NCBI GenBank assembly: GCA_965216635.1
Contig: OZ244188.1
Location: forward strand, 2,240,001 to 2,304,000
Direction of reading: 5' to 3'
From: a bacterium
GTDB taxonomy: Bacteria; SAR324; XYD2-FULL-50-16; G965216635
DNA: 64,000 bases
Shown here piece after piece: positions 29,901-39,881 of this stretch (the first letter of the stretch is position 1; each line of letters opens with the position of its first letter). Position numbers and translations under genes: made by a program. Under the pieces are notes generated by a model that made no database searches, was not told the DNA's origin, and worked only from the letters and a program-made list of their open reading frames with translations.

Positions 29901-30474
29901 AAAACTTACCTTTTTAAACGAGCAAAAAGAAGATTTACAATCTAGTATTGAATCTATTGCGAGTTCTATTGCTGAAATCAATAAAAACAGTAAAGGCACT
30001 TTTTGGGATATGTATCAAAAAATCGATGAAAATTTTCAAACGCTTTTCGCAATAGTTTTTCAAGGAGGAAATGCCAAACTTGTGCTTACCAATGAAAAAA
30101 ATTTATTAGATACGGGAGTGGAAATTTTTGCTCAGCCTGCGGGGAAAAGAAACCAGCATTTAGGTTTATTCAGTAGTGGTGAGAGGAGTTTAATTGGTCT
30201 TATTTTTATTTTTGCAGTACTTTCTGCCAATCCTAGCGTTTTTTGTTTTTTGGATGAAGTAGATGCCGCTTTGGATATGGTAAATGTCAGTCGTATAGTT
30301 GCTGTAATCCAAGAAGTTTCCAAAACAAATCAAATGGTAATTATTACCCACAACCAAAAAACTATCCTAGCAGGAGATATAGCGATTGGAGTGACTATGC
30401 TCCAAGAAGGCGTTTCTAGAGTTTTTTCTGTGGATATTCAAGAAAAACAAAAAAAAATGGTGCATGTTAGTTGA
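26956..30474 (+). CDS. smc: Chromosome segregation protein SMC
   Basis: GFKSF, GPNGCGKSN, long coiled coils with central hinge, FSSGE signature, LDEVDAALD, ITH. Confidence 0.93.
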   Translation: MYLSKIVISGFKSFLEKTIIELEQDKITVIVGPNGCGKSNIFDAVRWAIGEQSMKSLRSPSAEDIIFAGAQKAAAVNLAQVQLYFLNDEEKDLPKYGKISEIQISRKLFRDGNNQYSINQRSCRLLDVRTLLMDIGLSYAGYSFIEQGNVTQIVQSKPEEKRKIIEEAAGLMKFKTLKKESENKLGQARQNLERVEDQRLELEKQDKKLARQSKLAEEYTCVQGRLNLLKRQIIAYQYQEAQGALQDVMQKRQQFSFDATKQKITTVESFLENVEEQAEKNIQKVKSTEEFYLELDKQLHKIITEKQIKEQLFLESETWLSKQEEEKKTIVEKITEIQEELKQYQNLSQKEELVSLEKTKKEEKDKLLKLQEMLKPLIFKKNKLLKSYQELDRILAQKQSLIEFQIKELKTAERTETGEQKRKAVVAAEQEKNIQEHLLKNLKEKQKKLGLIKEQEHIDFKEKQTLYEKNKISQNNLQNNLLELKQKLAHKKEIFAFEDSLKLLQNYFSNNSELAAQEIGFIGILGDLVSVQKTAPRETFHFFDRFFSCVVFSHQKKLLQIVEILEKLQIHSLEMIFLDSLIPQFQKPSSEDSFITQLQFSGKLQKQENLKSFFSPITSFKTLPLKTEVNPFYSPNVFSSFPNLLEYKNTKSFTQSEKYLAHLGSLAAYQTQIDTTQKELDSLNYVMKKLQTDIQTQKKSLEILEVEIKQSQAEIFSANEKYWQLKNHYLNESKIVEQQKKLKQQREATQKQLFQEEKETSEMTKKRANLKKEIQLCETQEKEWKQKEQELLLKNKEVQEKLHLFLPQLEYSEKAKQRSESDLKFNQDLLKRKNQQIESFLKSIEDKQTQKEAAETIKQKEEQKMIAKKTWQSQKEISNSLEEQKKKKEEEYHLLTKKLAEEQTAYYESEAQISQFAERVKNFEEQLQEQFSTTADEVLRNFGEQNFDLSNAKEEMQKLQNKMPSFSQVNLGAKEEYQETHEKLTFLNEQKEDLQSSIESIASSIAEINKNSKGTFWDMYQKIDENFQTLFAIVFQGGNAKLVLTNEKNLLDTGVEIFAQPAGKRNQHLGLFSSGERSLIGLIFIFAVLSANPSVFCFLDEVDAALDMVNVSRIVAVIQEVSKTNQMVIITHNQKTILAGDIAIGVTMLQEGVSRVFSVDIQEKQKKMVHVS

Positions 30475-30507
30475 TTTACCAGTTGATATTTTAAGATTTT
30501 AATATTA

Positions 30508-30741
30508 TAAACCTTTGAAGTAGCGTTATGCGAAGGCTATACTTCTTTTTGCTGTGTAGTTTTCAGTCTGGCTATAGTGAAACCTCCATTGGATGTTTCA
30601 CAACCTAATTTGCATTTAGCAAAAGTGAAGTGGCGGTAGATTGGAATAAGAGAGCCCGTGGCTCTCTTGCTAAAGTCTATATTGGCGTAAAAGCAATAAG
30701 CTTGTTTTGGCTAAACTTTGGTAAGCAAATTTAAAAGTCTA
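30508..30741. mobile_element. MITE-like element (family A, degenerate long form)
   Basis: TAAACCTTTGAAGTAGC ... GCAAATTTAAAAGTCTA; contains the reverse of GTTTAGCCAAAACAAGCTTATTGC seen at 5849 and 47024; hairpin 30577-30601. Confidence 0.7.
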
Positions 30742-30776
30742 TATTAGTTTTTATTTCTAACTAACACTAAATAACT

Positions 30777-31718
30777 ATGAGTTATCAATTTTATAAACCA
30801 GCAAGAGCACGTCTTCAAAGAAGCGAATTAGCAGTACCTGGCTCTTCTCCACAGATGTTTGAAAAAGCACTTCACTCTAATGCAGATTATGTCTTTTTAG
30901 ATTTAGAAGATGCAGTCGCGCCCAATGACAAAGTAGAGGCTCGCGAAAATGTAATCAAAGCCCTGAAAGAAATCAATTGGAGAGAAAAGAAAAAAACTAT
31001 TTGTGTGCGTATTAATGGATTGGATACACATTATATGTATCGTGATCTAGTAGATATTATGGAACAGGTAGGGGATAAACTAGACACAATTTTAGTTCCA
31101 AAAGTAGGCACAAAATGCGATGTTTACCTAGTAGATTGTTTGCTAACTCAAATTGAAGATAGCAAAAAATTAAAAAATAGAGTAGGAATTGAATGTCTTA
31201 TAGAGACGACTTTGGGAATGTCTAATATCAAGGAAATAGCAAAATCTAGTGAACGTTTAGAAGCACTGCATTTTGGGGTTGCAGACTATGCTGCAAGTTT
31301 AAGAGCTAGAACTGTTGTAATCGGTGGACTCAATTCAGACTACCCTGGTGATCAGTGGCATCATGGATTATCTGAACTGGTGATGACCTGTAGAGCCTAT
31401 GGATTGAGAGCTATTGATGGTCCGTTCGGAGATATCAAAGACGCTGATGCTTATATAGCGTCTGCGAAAAGAGCGGCTGCTATCGGGATAGAAGGAAAAT
31501 GGGCTATCCATCCTTCACAAATAGATCTTGCAAATCAAGTTTTTTCTCCACCATCAGCTGAAGTTCATAAAGCCCAAAGAATTTTAGAAGAATTAAGCAA
31601 AGCCGCAAAGGAAGGCAAAGGTGCAGCGCAACTGGATGGTAGATTGATTGATGCTGCTTCAGCTCGGATGGCAGAAAATGTGGTTAAGGTAGACAAACAA
31701 ATTCAAAGGTCTAAATAA
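30777..31718 (+). CDS. mcl: Malyl-CoA lyase (CitE family)
   Basis: RSELAVPGS, LDLEDAVAP, RINGLDTHYMYRD, FGVADYAAS, EGKWAIHPSQ as in Methylobacterium-type Mcl. Confidence 0.88.
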   Translation: MSYQFYKPARARLQRSELAVPGSSPQMFEKALHSNADYVFLDLEDAVAPNDKVEARENVIKALKEINWREKKKTICVRINGLDTHYMYRDLVDIMEQVGDKLDTILVPKVGTKCDVYLVDCLLTQIEDSKKLKNRVGIECLIETTLGMSNIKEIAKSSERLEALHFGVADYAASLRARTVVIGGLNSDYPGDQWHHGLSELVMTCRAYGLRAIDGPFGDIKDADAYIASAKRAAAIGIEGKWAIHPSQIDLANQVFSPPSAEVHKAQRILEELSKAAKEGKGAAQLDGRLIDAASARMAENVVKVDKQIQRSK

Positions 31719-31720
31719 TA

Positions 31721-32890
31721 ATGGATATACACGAGTACCAAGCAAAAAAAATACTTTCCGATTTTGGAATTCATATTCCGCGCGGCGGTATTGCCTATAG
31801 CCCTGAAAATGCAGAATACAAAGCTCGCGAAATCGGAGGTTCTAAATGGGTAGTCAAAGCTCAAATCCATTCTGGGGCTAGAGGTAAAGCTGGAGGGGTT
31901 ATAGTTTGTAACGATGAACTAGAAGTAGCTCAAGCCACTGATAAACTGCTAGGCAAAAGACTGGTAACCAACCAAACAGGACCTAAGGGAAAAATTGTCA
32001 ACAGAGTTTATATTGAAGAAGTAGCAGACATTGAAAAAGAGTTATATCTTGGGTTAGTTTTTGACAGGGATTCTGAGTGCATTATGATTGTAGCCTCTAC
32101 TGCTGGAGGAATGAGCGTAGAAGAAATTTCTAACGAAAAACCTGAAACGATTATTCGTTCAAAAGTGGAAGTTGCTGTAGGTATGCAAGAATTTCAAGCG
32201 AGAGAGATTGCTTTTGGTTTAGGAATTGAAAACAAACTCATTTCAAGAACAGCAGAAGTTATTATGAAGTGCTACCGTATATTTAGCGAACTGGATGCTA
32301 CAATGGTGGAAATCAATCCGCTAGTTATTACGAAAGACAAACATATTTTAGCTTTGGATTGTAAAATGAGTTTTGATAATAATGCGTTATTTCGTAGAAA
32401 TACAGTTTCTGAATTAAGAGATAAATCGCAAGAAGATCAAAAGGAAGTCTACGCTGCTGATAGAGGGCTTAACTATGTTAGTTTGGACGGGAATATTGGC
32501 AATATTATCAATGGGGCTGGGCTTGCTATGGCATCAATGGATATGATTAAGTTAGCAGGTGGAGAACCTGCAAATTTTTTGGATGTTGGTGGTGGAGCCA
32601 CCCCTGAAAAAATAGTAAAAGCCTTTAAGCTAATTACATCCGACGAAAAAGTAAAGGTTATTTTGATAAATATATTCGCTGGAATCAATAGATGTGATTG
32701 GGTTGCTGAAGGTATAGTGCAAGCCTTAAAAAAAATTAAAATTGATTTGCCTCTTGTGATTAGACTGGCGGGAACAAATGTAGAAAAAGGTAATAAAATT
32801 TTAAAAGAAAGTAAAATTGATTATATTGAAGCATCTACCTTAGAAGATGCAGCGAATAAGGCTGTTGCAGCTTTAAAACAATCTAAATAA
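31721..32890 (+). CDS. mtkA: Malate--CoA ligase (malate thiokinase) beta subunit
   Basis: SucC-like fold with MDIHEYQAK, GARGKAGG and NIFAGINRCDWVAEG; adjacent to mcl. Confidence 0.82.
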   Translation: MDIHEYQAKKILSDFGIHIPRGGIAYSPENAEYKAREIGGSKWVVKAQIHSGARGKAGGVIVCNDELEVAQATDKLLGKRLVTNQTGPKGKIVNRVYIEEVADIEKELYLGLVFDRDSECIMIVASTAGGMSVEEISNEKPETIIRSKVEVAVGMQEFQAREIAFGLGIENKLISRTAEVIMKCYRIFSELDATMVEINPLVITKDKHILALDCKMSFDNNALFRRNTVSELRDKSQEDQKEVYAADRGLNYVSLDGNIGNIINGAGLAMASMDMIKLAGGEPANFLDVGGGATPEKIVKAFKLITSDEKVKVILINIFAGINRCDWVAEGIVQALKKIKIDLPLVIRLAGTNVEKGNKILKESKIDYIEASTLEDAANKAVAALKQSK

Positions 32891-32893
32891 ATT

Positions 32894-33784
32894 ATGTCTA
32901 TTCTAATTGACAAAAAAACAAAAATAATTGTTCAAGGTTTTACTGGTAAAATCGGCACTTTTCACGCAGGCGAGATGATCAAATACGGTTCCAATCTTGT
33001 CGGTGGAGTAACCCCAGGTAAAGGCGGACAAACCCACCTTGGTTTGCCCGTTTTTAATACAGTAAAAGACGCAGTTAAGGAAACAGGAGCTACAACTAGC
33101 ATTTTATTTGTACCTCCAACTTTTGCAGCAGATTCTGCTATGGAAGCAGCCGATGCCGGAATTAAAGTTTGTGTTTCCATTGCAGATGGTATTCCTTCTC
33201 ACGATATGATTAAAGTAAAACGTTACATGCGAAGATACGCCAAACAAGAAAAAATGACTTTAATAGGGCCCAACTGCGCTGGCGTTATCTCACCGGGAAA
33301 AACAATGCTCGGAATAATGCCGGGACATATTTATCTACAAGGTGAAGTAGGAGTTATTGGAAGATCAGGCACATTAGGCTACGAAGCTGCACAACAAATG
33401 AAAAATTTAGGTATCGGAGTTTCTACAAGTGTAGGTATTGGAGGAGATCCTATCAATGGCAGTTCCTTTAAAGATATTTTAGAAAAATTTGAAACCGACG
33501 AACACACAAAAGTAGTTTTGATGATAGGTGAAATTGGAGGACCCCAAGAAGTAGCTGCCGGAAAATTTGCAAAGGAAAATATGTCAAAGCCAGTTATTGC
33601 ATATATTGCTGGATTGACAGCTCCCAAAGGTAAAGTAATGGGACACGCTGGAGCCATTGTATCTGCCTATGGAGAAAGTGCCGTTGAAAAAGTGGAATTG
33701 TTAAAAGAATGCGGAGTTATAATTTCTAAAAACCCTTCTGTAATGGGCGATACTGTGAAATCTGTTCTAGAGAAACATAATTAG
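32894..33784 (+). CDS. mtkB: Malate--CoA ligase alpha subunit
   Basis: SucD-like; GPNCAG, GIMPGHIY, SGTLGYEAA, MGHAGA; operon with mcl-mtkA. Confidence 0.82.
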   Translation: MSILIDKKTKIIVQGFTGKIGTFHAGEMIKYGSNLVGGVTPGKGGQTHLGLPVFNTVKDAVKETGATTSILFVPPTFAADSAMEAADAGIKVCVSIADGIPSHDMIKVKRYMRRYAKQEKMTLIGPNCAGVISPGKTMLGIMPGHIYLQGEVGVIGRSGTLGYEAAQQMKNLGIGVSTSVGIGGDPINGSSFKDILEKFETDEHTKVVLMIGEIGGPQEVAAGKFAKENMSKPVIAYIAGLTAPKGKVMGHAGAIVSAYGESAVEKVELLKECGVIISKNPSVMGDTVKSVLEKHN

Positions 33785-33785
33785 A

Positions 33786-33888
33786 AAAAACACCTTGCCG
33801 CAAAAATACCTTGCCGAAAAAACAGCTTGCCACAAAAAGACTTTGCCACAAAAACACCTTGCCGCAAAAACACCTTGCCGCAAAAACA
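33786..33888. repeat. Imperfect tandem repeat, 16-17 bp x about 6 (AAAACACCTTGCCGCA)
   Basis: Directly visible after the mtkB stop. Confidence 0.85.
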
Positions 33889-33985
33889 GCTATCAGAGTG
33901 ACTATGCTCCAAGGTGGAATCTCTGGAGAGATTTTCCATAGATATTCAAGAAAAACAAAAAGAATACTGGCAGATATGCTGATGA
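33887..33985 (+). pseudogene. Degenerate duplicate of the smc 3' end
   Basis: GAGTGACTATGCTCCAAG (33896 vs 30389) and GATATTCAAGAAAAACAAAAA (33941 vs 30433) are identical, with a +1 shift between them. Confidence 0.85.
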
Positions 33986-34016
33986 ATTTACTTTTAGGCT
34001 TAAAGAATGTAGAGAC

Positions 34017-34090
34017 TAGACCTTTGAATTTGTGTTATGTGACGGCTAGACCCAATAGTGGGGTAAGCCTAACACTAATTCAAAAGTCTC
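34017..34090. mobile_element. MITE-like element (family A, short form)
   Basis: TAGACCTTTGAATTTG ... CTAATTCAAAAGTCTC. Confidence 0.7.
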
Positions 34091-34112
34091 ATAAAGTAGT
34101 AAAATAAAAATC

Positions 34113-35327
34113 ATGCTCACTAAAAAGCAAGCTATTTATAGACTCTCTAAAGGAAATATCTCTCCTTTTCGTTTAAACCAAAACAAACAAAATTTAGACA
34201 TTATTCAGCAAATGATAGAATTGATGGAAGAATCTATTGGAGAAAAAAGTCACGATATAGAAAAATCTTTACAGTACCTAGCAGGACAATTATGGCAACC
34301 AAAAACTACTCAGGCTATAGTAAAACTATTTTTAGATAAAGGATCTTTTGAAGATAAAGAAATGAGTAGAGCGATAGATTTAAGAGATGCCATTTTTAAT
34401 GCTTCCAGCAATTACTGGAATAACCTATCGCTTCTACCAAAATTAGAATACATTGCAACTGATATTTTAAAACAAACTACATTTTCACCGCAAAACGAAG
34501 AAGACTGGCTGTATAAAGATTTACCTGCCAATCAGAAATTGAAAAATTTTGAAACTATTACAGCCGAAGATTTTATTCATTGGCTAAACCTTTGTATGGT
34601 TCGTTCCATTTTACTACAAGCCAAAAAAATGGAAATATTTTTTTTCTCGCACCAAGAAAATCTAAGACAATTTATGCAGTACCTGAAATTTTTTGGGCTT
34701 TTATTTTTGGCAGAAAAAAAAGAAAATAATTGGAGTTTAATCATTGACGGGCCCGAATCTATTTTGGATTCTACTCGCAGTTATGGAATGGATTTTTCTA
34801 ATCTTTTTCCCGCTTTACTACTTATAGAAGGAAAGTGGGAAATGATTGCTGAAATTTGTCTACAAGGAAAACTACAAAATTACTCTTTAAAAATCCAAAA
34901 TTTAGATGGATATAAAAGCCATTATTTTAAAAAAAATTTTTTGAGAAAAAAAGAAATAGAAGTGCTAGTAAAAAATTGGAATAAACAATACGGAGAAAAT
35001 TCACTTACCTCAGATAAAGCCCTAACTAAAGCCTCCCCAAGTTCTGAGATTTTCTCACTACCCGATAATCTTTACTTGTTACCCGATTTTTCTATTCAAA
35101 AAAACAAGCAGATTTATTATTTTGAATGGTTAAGATACCCTAAAAACCAAATTGCTAGTATAAAAAAAAAACAAAAGAACTTACCGAAAAATTATTTTTT
35201 TCTAGTAATTGGCTCAAAAAGAACACTTCTTAAGAACTTTGCCAGTCTCTTTGAAAAAGAGCTAATTATTTGTTTTGCAAAAGAATTTGTGCCCTCCAAA
35301 ATCAAAGAATTTTTAGATAAAAAATAG
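34113..35327 (+). CDS. DUF790-like predicted nuclease
   Basis: LYKDLP..Q.L, LKFFGLL, IDGPES..RSYG, LPDF..YFE pattern. Confidence 0.65.
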   Translation: MLTKKQAIYRLSKGNISPFRLNQNKQNLDIIQQMIELMEESIGEKSHDIEKSLQYLAGQLWQPKTTQAIVKLFLDKGSFEDKEMSRAIDLRDAIFNASSNYWNNLSLLPKLEYIATDILKQTTFSPQNEEDWLYKDLPANQKLKNFETITAEDFIHWLNLCMVRSILLQAKKMEIFFFSHQENLRQFMQYLKFFGLLFLAEKKENNWSLIIDGPESILDSTRSYGMDFSNLFPALLLIEGKWEMIAEICLQGKLQNYSLKIQNLDGYKSHYFKKNFLRKKEIEVLVKNWNKQYGENSLTSDKALTKASPSSEIFSLPDNLYLLPDFSIQKNKQIYYFEWLRYPKNQIASIKKKQKNLPKNYFFLVIGSKRTLLKNFASLFEKELIICFAKEFVPSKIKEFLDKK

Positions 35328-35346
35328 CGTAGCCAAAATTCAACCG

Positions 35347-35484
35347 CTATCTCTTAACAGGTTTTCTTTTTATACGCGTACGCGATTTAGGTGCAGGCGG
35401 ACGAGGAGTTGTAGAAGGAGGATTTACACCCCCTTTTCTAACCCTACCTTCATTCACACGATATATGTCACTTTTTTCTGTCAT
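35347..35484 (-). CDS. 45-aa Pro/Arg-rich peptide
   Basis: MTEKSDIYRVNEGRVRKGGVNPPSTTPRPPAPKSRTRIKRKPVKR*; start overlaps upstream stop as ATGA; below the ORF track cutoff. Confidence 0.65.
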   Translation of the reverse strand: MTEKSDIYRVNEGRVRKGGVNPPSTTPRPPAPKSRTRIKRKPVKR

Positions 35485-36125
35485 TGTTTTTTTTTAGTTT
35501 TTTTGGTTCTTATTTCAATAGCAATTTTATCTTTAGGTAAAGACAGATATTGAACCGCCACTTCATCTAATGGTTTTTTTGTGTTATTTCCATCATACAC
35601 TTTGACATCAGTAAGTAATATTTCAGCTTCTTTGCTAGTCTCTGAAAATGACTCAACTTTACCATCATACACTAAGTCGTTTTCAAGGTCACGAACGATT
35701 ATCCAATAAATTTCATCAGAATTCATCAGATAGCTCCAAACATCTAATTCTCCAGATTTATTAGTTATCCCTAATTTTCGCAGAATTTTAAACTGCAATT
35801 TATGTGTGTCAATCCAAATAAAAATTATAGCCAACAAAACCGAAATCACGCAAACCAATAAAATTTCTTTAAACGATATAGCTTGTTCTGTATTAACCAA
35901 CGCATCCAAAAAAGTTGCAGAATCTACATTACATCCAATACTAGACAAAAATTCTACAAAAAGCCAATGGCTGAAATAGGCTATCATTCCTAATAGATAG
36001 GAATTAATAACAAACTGGAATTGTGTTCTTTCTTTATGAGTAGTAAATGTATCTACAAGATAGGAACAGATAATCCCAGGCAAAAACAGTAAAAGAAGTC
36101 TAAATACAAATTCGCTTAAATCCAT
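35481..36125 (-). CDS. Membrane protein, DUF6338-like
   Basis: LLLFLPG start, three TM segments, DVW, then soluble domain with Y.G.V.SFS and EILL.DV. Confidence 0.6.
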   Translation of the reverse strand: MDLSEFVFRLLLLFLPGIICSYLVDTFTTHKERTQFQFVINSYLLGMIAYFSHWLFVEFLSSIGCNVDSATFLDALVNTEQAISFKEILLVCVISVLLAIIFIWIDTHKLQFKILRKLGITNKSGELDVWSYLMNSDEIYWIIVRDLENDLVYDGKVESFSETSKEAEILLTDVKVYDGNNTKKPLDEVAVQYLSLPKDKIAIEIRTKKTKKKQ

Positions 36126-36207
36126 TTATATTTTTATTTTGTAGTAGTTAGTGACTAAATTTTAGCTATTCCTAAAAAATAGCCAACAGAAATATAACGT
36201 TTTGCAT

Positions 36208-36243
36208 AAAAAAGCCCCTACTTTTTAAAAAGTAGGGGCTTTT
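36208..36243. terminator. Intrinsic terminator downstream of groEL
   Basis: AAAAAAGCCCCTACTTTT..AAAAGTAGGGGCTTTT perfect stem with A/T tails. Confidence 0.85.
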
Positions 36244-36278
36244 ATTTCTAAGTGGTAGAGTAGTAACCGAAAGGCTTA

Positions 36279-37946
<1,668 letters not shown>

Positions 37947-37970
37947 TTAATTGTTAAAGTTTGTTATAGG

Positions 37971-38255
37971 TTATTTTGTAATAATACCTACAATATCATC
38001 TTCTCGCATGATGAGATATTCTTCCCCATCCATTTTAATTTCTGTTCCTGCATACTTGCTAAAAAGTATGTCATCTCCTTTTTTCACATCCAGAGGCATT
38101 CGCTTTCCGTCTTCTTTTTTACCTTCTCCAACTGCTATAATCACACCTTCTTGAGGTTGTTCTTTTGCAGTGTCCGGTATAATAATACCAGATGCTGTTT
38201 TTGTTTCAGCGTCTTTGCGTTTAACGATAACTCTATCTTGCAATGGTTTAATCAT
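37971..38255 (-). CDS. groES: Co-chaperonin GroES
   Basis: [25 protein letters not shown]. Confidence 0.99.
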   Translation of the reverse strand: MIKPLQDRVIVKRKDAETKTASGIIIPDTAKEQPQEGVIIAVGEGKKEDGKRMPLDVKKGDDILFSKYAGTEIKMDGEEYLIMREDDIVGIITK

Positions 38256-38327
38256 TTTTTATTTAATTATTTGAATTTTAAGTTAAAATAAATGAATCTA
38301 AGATTCCTGCTTTTAGGCATTAAGATA

Positions 38328-38356
38328 ATGATACCCTAATTTTTAAAAAATTGCAA
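38328..38356 (-). promoter_or_regulatory. sigma70-like promoter for groES-groEL
   Basis: TTGCAA-N17-TATCAT. Confidence 0.55.
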
Positions 38357-38402
38357 GAGTTTTTTAAGAAGAATGAATTATTTTTTTTTTTCATTAAAAA
38401 GC

Positions 38403-38432
38403 GCCGTCACATCAGCGAAATTCAAAGGTCTA
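38403..38432. mobile_element. Solo end of a family A element
   Basis: GCCGTCACATCAGCGAAATTCAAAGGTCTA abutting the nuoN stop; no partner end seen. Confidence 0.6.
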
Positions 38433-39863
38433 TCACCGCAATAGTAGAGAAAAAATAATACCATCCAACAAACTAGGAAAAAGACCTAGGATTAATAATA
38501 GAAAAGCACAGGTAGAAAAAACAATAACGGCTCCCAGTGAAGAAATATTTTGCGAAGTAGTTGGTTGGTAGGCTTTTGAGAAAAGCTTTATTCCAAAGCG
38601 AAAATAATAACCTACAGAAATAAGACTAGCTAGCATTCCCAAAATAACCAAAATCAAATATCCATTTTGCAGACTCGCGTAAAAAAGATAAAGTTTTCCA
38701 ATAAAACCCCCAGTAATGGGTATTCCCGCCAGACTAAATAGAAAAAAAATCAATAAACTAGAGGTTAAGGGATAACTAAAACCCAAGCCCCTTAAATCAT
38801 CAAAATAAAGAACTTCCTTTTTTCCTGTTAGATAGATAATGCTCGCAAAAACCCCCAAACTTCCCAAGCTATAAACTGTAAAATAAAAAAACAAAGAAGC
38901 TATTCCTTGAAAAGAAAAACTCAAAACTCCTAGCATTAAAAAACCAGCGTGGCTAATAGAAGAATAGGCTAGAACTCTTTTCACTTTATGCTGTGCTAAG
39001 GCTAAAAGGTTGCCAGCCATTAAACTCAGAGCGGTGAGTATAAAAATCACAGTAATCCAAACTTGGCTATAAGAATAAAAAGCCGAAATACAGATTTTAG
39101 CAAAAACGGCAATAAAAGAAATTTTAAGAGGTGTAGAAAAGAAAGCAGTAATATTGAGAGGCGAGCCTTCGTATAAATCAGGCGCCCACATATGAAAAGG
39201 CACTAAAGAAATTTTAAAACCAAACCCTACAGTAATCAAAAGAACGCCTAAAGCAGGCAGAGTGTGTATAGTTTCTTTGCTTAAAAAATTTTGAATTTGC
39301 TCTAATTCAAAACTCCCACTAGCTCCAAAAATCAGCACTATTCCATAAAGTAAAATAGCAGAAGAAAAGGCATTGAGTAAAAAGTATTTCATTGCCCCTT
39401 CAACAGAAAACAAACTCTTTCTATCCAATGCAGCTAGCACAAAAGAAGTAATAGAAGCAGTTTCTAAACACAAATAGATAAAAAAGAGATGCTCGCTACT
39501 CACCAAAAACAGCATACTTATCAAAACAATATGTGTTAGAAAATAAAATTCTGCAGAATGAATTTTATGGATTTTAAGAAAATCAGAACCCATCAAAACA
39601 CAAAACAAAGAACCTGAAATCAATAAAATTTTAAGCGATTGACTCCAAGCATCGGCAAAGATAAATCCATGAAAACCTTCCCCTTGCACGGAAAAATAGA
39701 TAACGAGCCAAAGAATAGCAACGAGATGAAAAAAGGGGCTTAAGATACTCAAAAGATTTTGCCTAGCAGGTGCGAACATTCCTATTAACAAAATCAAAAA
39801 TGCACCTGCGAGGAGCCACAACTCCGCTGCAATCAAACCCAATCGTAAAAAATCAAGATTCAT
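38433..39863 (-). CDS. nuoN: NADH-quinone oxidoreductase subunit N
   Basis: EGAMKYF, FKISLVPFHMWAPDLYEG, KRVLAYSSISHAG, SLAGIP..GFIGK. Confidence 0.92.
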   Translation of the reverse strand: MNLDFLRLGLIAAELWLLAGAFLILLIGMFAPARQNLLSILSPFFHLVAILWLVIYFSVQGEGFHGFIFADAWSQSLKILLISGSLFCVLMGSDFLKIHKIHSAEFYFLTHIVLISMLFLVSSEHLFFIYLCLETASITSFVLAALDRKSLFSVEGAMKYFLLNAFSSAILLYGIVLIFGASGSFELEQIQNFLSKETIHTLPALGVLLITVGFGFKISLVPFHMWAPDLYEGSPLNITAFFSTPLKISFIAVFAKICISAFYSYSQVWITVIFILTALSLMAGNLLALAQHKVKRVLAYSSISHAGFLMLGVLSFSFQGIASLFFYFTVYSLGSLGVFASIIYLTGKKEVLYFDDLRGLGFSYPLTSSLLIFFLFSLAGIPITGGFIGKLYLFYASLQNGYLILVILGMLASLISVGYYFRFGIKLFSKAYQPTTSQNISSLGAVIVFSTCAFLLLILGLFPSLLDGIIFSLLLR

Positions 39864-39881
39864 TAATTCAGGAAGTTCAAT

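Noticed and set aside
31721..33784. Annotation as sucC-sucD
   Set aside because: The NIFAGINRCDW motif and linkage to mcl fit malate thiokinase better; needs phylogenetic confirmation
33811..34107. 98-aa ORF
   Set aside because: Chance read-through of a tandem repeat, the smc remnant and a MITE-like element
38256..38400. CIRCE element upstream of groES
   Set aside because: No TTAGCACTC-N9-GAGTGCTAA match
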